Source: an uncultured Acidobacteriota bacterium (lineage in GTDB: Bacteria > Acidobacteriota > Thermoanaerobaculia > Multivoradales > SZUA-115). From it: 64,000 nucleotides of DNA. Under the pieces are notes generated by a model. That model had not been told where the DNA came from, did not search any database, and saw only the letters and a list, made by a program, of their open reading frames with translations. The stretch covers positions 704,001 through 768,000 of the forward strand of contig CAWDVR010000002.1 in assembly GCA_963805975.1 (NCBI GenBank), written 5' to 3'. Within the stretch, counting starts at the first letter, position 1; every line of letters begins with the position of its first letter. Position numbers and translations under genes: made by a program. Positions 61,935 through 64,000 of this stretch are shown one piece after another.

Positions 61935-63395
61935 CTAGCAGCCCGGGCCAGCGGTGCCGCCGAGCACTTCTTCCGCCGCGGCCCGCAGGTCTTCGAGGCA
62001 GGCTTCGAGCTGCGCGCGGTGGGTGCGAAAAGAAAGGACGCAGATCCGAATCACGAACCCGCCGGCCAGCTCGGTGCCGGTGAGGAACACCCGCTGGCGG
62101 GCGTTGATGCGAGCGAGGAAGCGATGGTTCAGAGCGTCTATCTCGGCCCCGTCGAGCTCGACGCCTCCCCTGGGGGCGGGCCGCAGCCGGAAGGCGAGGA
62201 GCGAGAGCTGGGGCTCCGCGACGATCTCGATGCCGGGCACCACGCGGAGCGCCTCGGCCGCCCAGGCCGCGAGGTCGAGCTTCTCGTCCAACGCCTCGCG
62301 AAAGGCGCCGGCGCCCGCGAGCTTCAGGGGCAGCCAGACGCGCAGCCCGCGGAAATCCCGCGACAGCTCGGGCGAGACCTGGCAGAAGTCCGTGAACTCC
62401 GGCGACGCGGAGAGGTGGCGCATGTAGTCGGCATCCACGGCGTGGGCGCGGTGCAACGCGGCGCCGTCGCGCACCAGGAGGCAGCCGGTGCCGTAGGGCA
62501 GAAAGAGCCCCTTGTGCGGATCGAGCGTGACCGAGTCCGCCCGCTCGATCCCCGCCATGGCCTGGCGGCCGCGCTCGGTCAGCACGAAAAAGCCACCATA
62601 CGCGGCGTCCACGTGCAGCCAGAGGCCCTCGCGCGCCGCGAGGTCGGCGGCGGCGGCGAGGTCGTCCACCGCGCCGGTGTTGGTGGTGCCGGCGCTCGCC
62701 ACCAGGAGGAACGGCCGCAGTCCACGCCCGCGGTCCTCGGCGATCTGCCCGGCCACCCGATCGAGCCGCAAGCGAAAGCGGTCGTCGGTAGGGATGGATC
62801 GCACGTTCCGCGCCGGGAAGCCCGCCAGCGCCGCCGCTTTGGCCACCGAGTGATGAACCTGATCCGAGGCGTAGATGGTTCCGTCGAGGAAGTTCTCGGG
62901 CAGCCGCTCGCGCCGCGCGGTGACCAGCGCCGTGAAGTTGGCGAGCGAGCCGCCGCTCGACAGATAGCCGCCGGCCGTTTCCGGGTAGCCCACCATCCGG
63001 GAGAACCAGCGCAGGACGTTGGCCTCGAGCTCGGCGAGGCCCGGCGCCGCCTGCCAGACGGTCACGTAGCGGTTGACGCTGTCGGCGATCAGGTCGGCCA
63101 CCGCCGAATGAAAGAGCCCTCCGCCGGGGATGTAGGCGAGGTAGCCGGGGCCGGCGGTGTTGTAGCTCACCGGCACCAGGCGATCGAAGAGCAGGTCGAG
63201 GAGAGGGCCGAAAGCAGTGCCCTCCTCGGGCAGCGGCTCGCGCACCGAAAGCGCCAGCTCCGCACCCCGGCTGTCGTCGTAGCCCGCGGGCTGCTCGGGA
63301 AGCGAGGCGAGGTGCGCCACGACCCGCTCCATCGCCTCCGCAACCAGCTCGCGCATGGCTTCGGGTGTGGGTTCGAGAAGGTAAGAGCTTGTCAT
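61935..63395 (-). CDS. Group II PLP-dependent (aromatic amino acid-type) decarboxylase
   Basis: YLAYIPGG, SGGSLANFTAL, HHSVAKAA, AGTTNTGAVD, WLHVDAAYGG, DSVTLDPHK (PLP Lys). Confidence 0.92.
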   Translation of the reverse strand: MTSSYLLEPTPEAMRELVAEAMERVVAHLASLPEQPAGYDDSRGAELALSVREPLPEEGTAFGPLLDLLFDRLVPVSYNTAGPGYLAYIPGGGLFHSAVADLIADSVNRYVTVWQAAPGLAELEANVLRWFSRMVGYPETAGGYLSSGGSLANFTALVTARRERLPENFLDGTIYASDQVHHSVAKAAALAGFPARNVRSIPTDDRFRLRLDRVAGQIAEDRGRGLRPFLLVASAGTTNTGAVDDLAAAADLAAREGLWLHVDAAYGGFFVLTERGRQAMAGIERADSVTLDPHKGLFLPYGTGCLLVRDGAALHRAHAVDADYMRHLSASPEFTDFCQVSPELSRDFRGLRVWLPLKLAGAGAFREALDEKLDLAAWAAEALRVVPGIEIVAEPQLSLLAFRLRPAPRGGVELDGAEIDALNHRFLARINARQRVFLTGTELAGGFVIRICVLSFRTHRAQLEACLEDLRAAAEEVLGGTAGPGC

Positions 63396-63412
63396 CTCGT
63401 CATCTCTACGCC

Positions 63413-63441
63413 TTGAGGATCGGATCTGATCTGAGTATCCT
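63413..63441 (+). promoter_or_regulatory. Sigma70-type promoter of TA operon 7 (leaderless)
   Basis: TTGAGG-17-TATCCT, 7 nt before ATG 63449. The same bases read TAGGAT on the minus strand, facing the decarboxylase gene. Confidence 0.5.
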
Positions 63442-63448
63442 ATCGAAG

Positions 63449-63694
63449 ATGCGTATCTCGGTGGTTCTGCCCGATGACCTCGATGCCGACCTCGAGAGGG
63501 TCCGCCGACAGGAGCACGTGACGACCTCCAGGATCGTCCGCGACGCCCTCGTGTACTACCTCCGTGATCATCGGCGTCGCTCCGCAGGCGAAGCCCTGAA
63601 CCGCGCGGCGGATCGCTCGGGGATGACCGACGAGATGGTTCGCCGCGCACTCGACGAGCTGAAGGCAGAGCGTGCCCGTTCTGACCGGTCTTGA
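63449..63694 (+). CDS. CopG/RHH antitoxin
   Basis: MRISVVLPDDLDADLERVRRQEHVTTSRIVRDAL; overlaps a PIN gene. Confidence 0.85.
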   Translation: MRISVVLPDDLDADLERVRRQEHVTTSRIVRDALVYYLRDHRRRSAGEALNRAADRSGMTDEMVRRALDELKAERARSDRS

Positions 63695-64000
63695 CACAGG
63701 CGTCTTCGTCCTCCATTCGAGAGGTCATGCCGAGGCCGGCCGGTTGTGGGACGAGGCAGTCTCAGGCCGGCGGCAGGCCGTGGTCTCGGCGATCACTCTC
63801 TTCGAGCTCCTCCGGCTCGGTCTGCGTGGAACCGTGCCTCAGGAGTACACAGCCGTAGCGCTGAAGAGCATTCCAGGCGTCTGCGAGGTGGTGTGGATCG
63901 AGAACCTCGACCTGCTGAGCAGCGCAGGTCGCCTGAGCCACGGAGTCGGGCTCTCTTCGTCCGATGCGCTGATCCTCGCTTCGCTGATCGACCGTGAGTG
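63672..64000 (+). CDS. vapC: PIN-domain toxin, truncated by the window end
   Basis: Not in the ORF track. GTG 63672 gives MPVLTGLDTGVFV...VVSAITLFELL...GLSSSDALILASL, open to the window edge. Confidence 0.8.
   Translation, partial: MPVLTGLDTGVFVLHSRGHAEAGRLWDEAVSGRRQAVVSAITLFELLRLGLRGTVPQEYTAVALKSIPGVCEVVWIENLDLLSSAGRLSHGVGLSSSDALILASLIDRE

Overview
High-GC (about 70% by eye) bacterial chromosomal segment. The gene content suggests Acidobacteriota, possibly Thermoanaerobaculia, but that is an inference. I found no rRNA, tRNA, CRISPR array or prophage. Housekeeping genes (dinB, trpF, fumC, carB, a pteridine reductase-folB-folK cluster, a mycobacterial-Sdh1-like sdhCAB operon, and a MacAB-type ABC exporter with an OmpR-type two-component system) are interleaved with seven type II toxin-antitoxin pairs, four REP-like palindromic elements and two IS5 relics flanking a VOC gene. 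Two loci stand out as candidate uncharacterised systems. (1) 47626-52858: a cytoplasmic subtilase fused to a thermolysin-like HEXXH protease, followed by a ComEC-like metallo-beta-lactamase-fold hydrolase (possible protease-gated conflict or defence module). (2) 54906-63395: two convergent operons encoding a ferric-reductase/Rieske fusion, a Cys-motif membrane protein, an OlsB-like GNAT, a DinB-family protein, an alpha/beta-hydrolase-DedA-ATP-grasp triple fusion, an NRDE/TANGO2 protein and a PLP decarboxylase (possible amino-lipid or peptidolipid pathway). Other points of interest are an atypical divergent sensor/regulator pair sharing a 23-bp bidirectional promoter, an orphan RiPP-type B12 radical SAM enzyme, a shared operator at two higBA loci, and many apparently leaderless genes. 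Four isolated +1 frameshifts (carB, sdhA, the ABC ATPase, the triple fusion) and an indel-dense patch at about 49.9-50.65 kb look like sequencing or assembly errors, and they create artefactual long ORFs in the supplied track. All family assignments come from motif recognition by eye, not from database searches.
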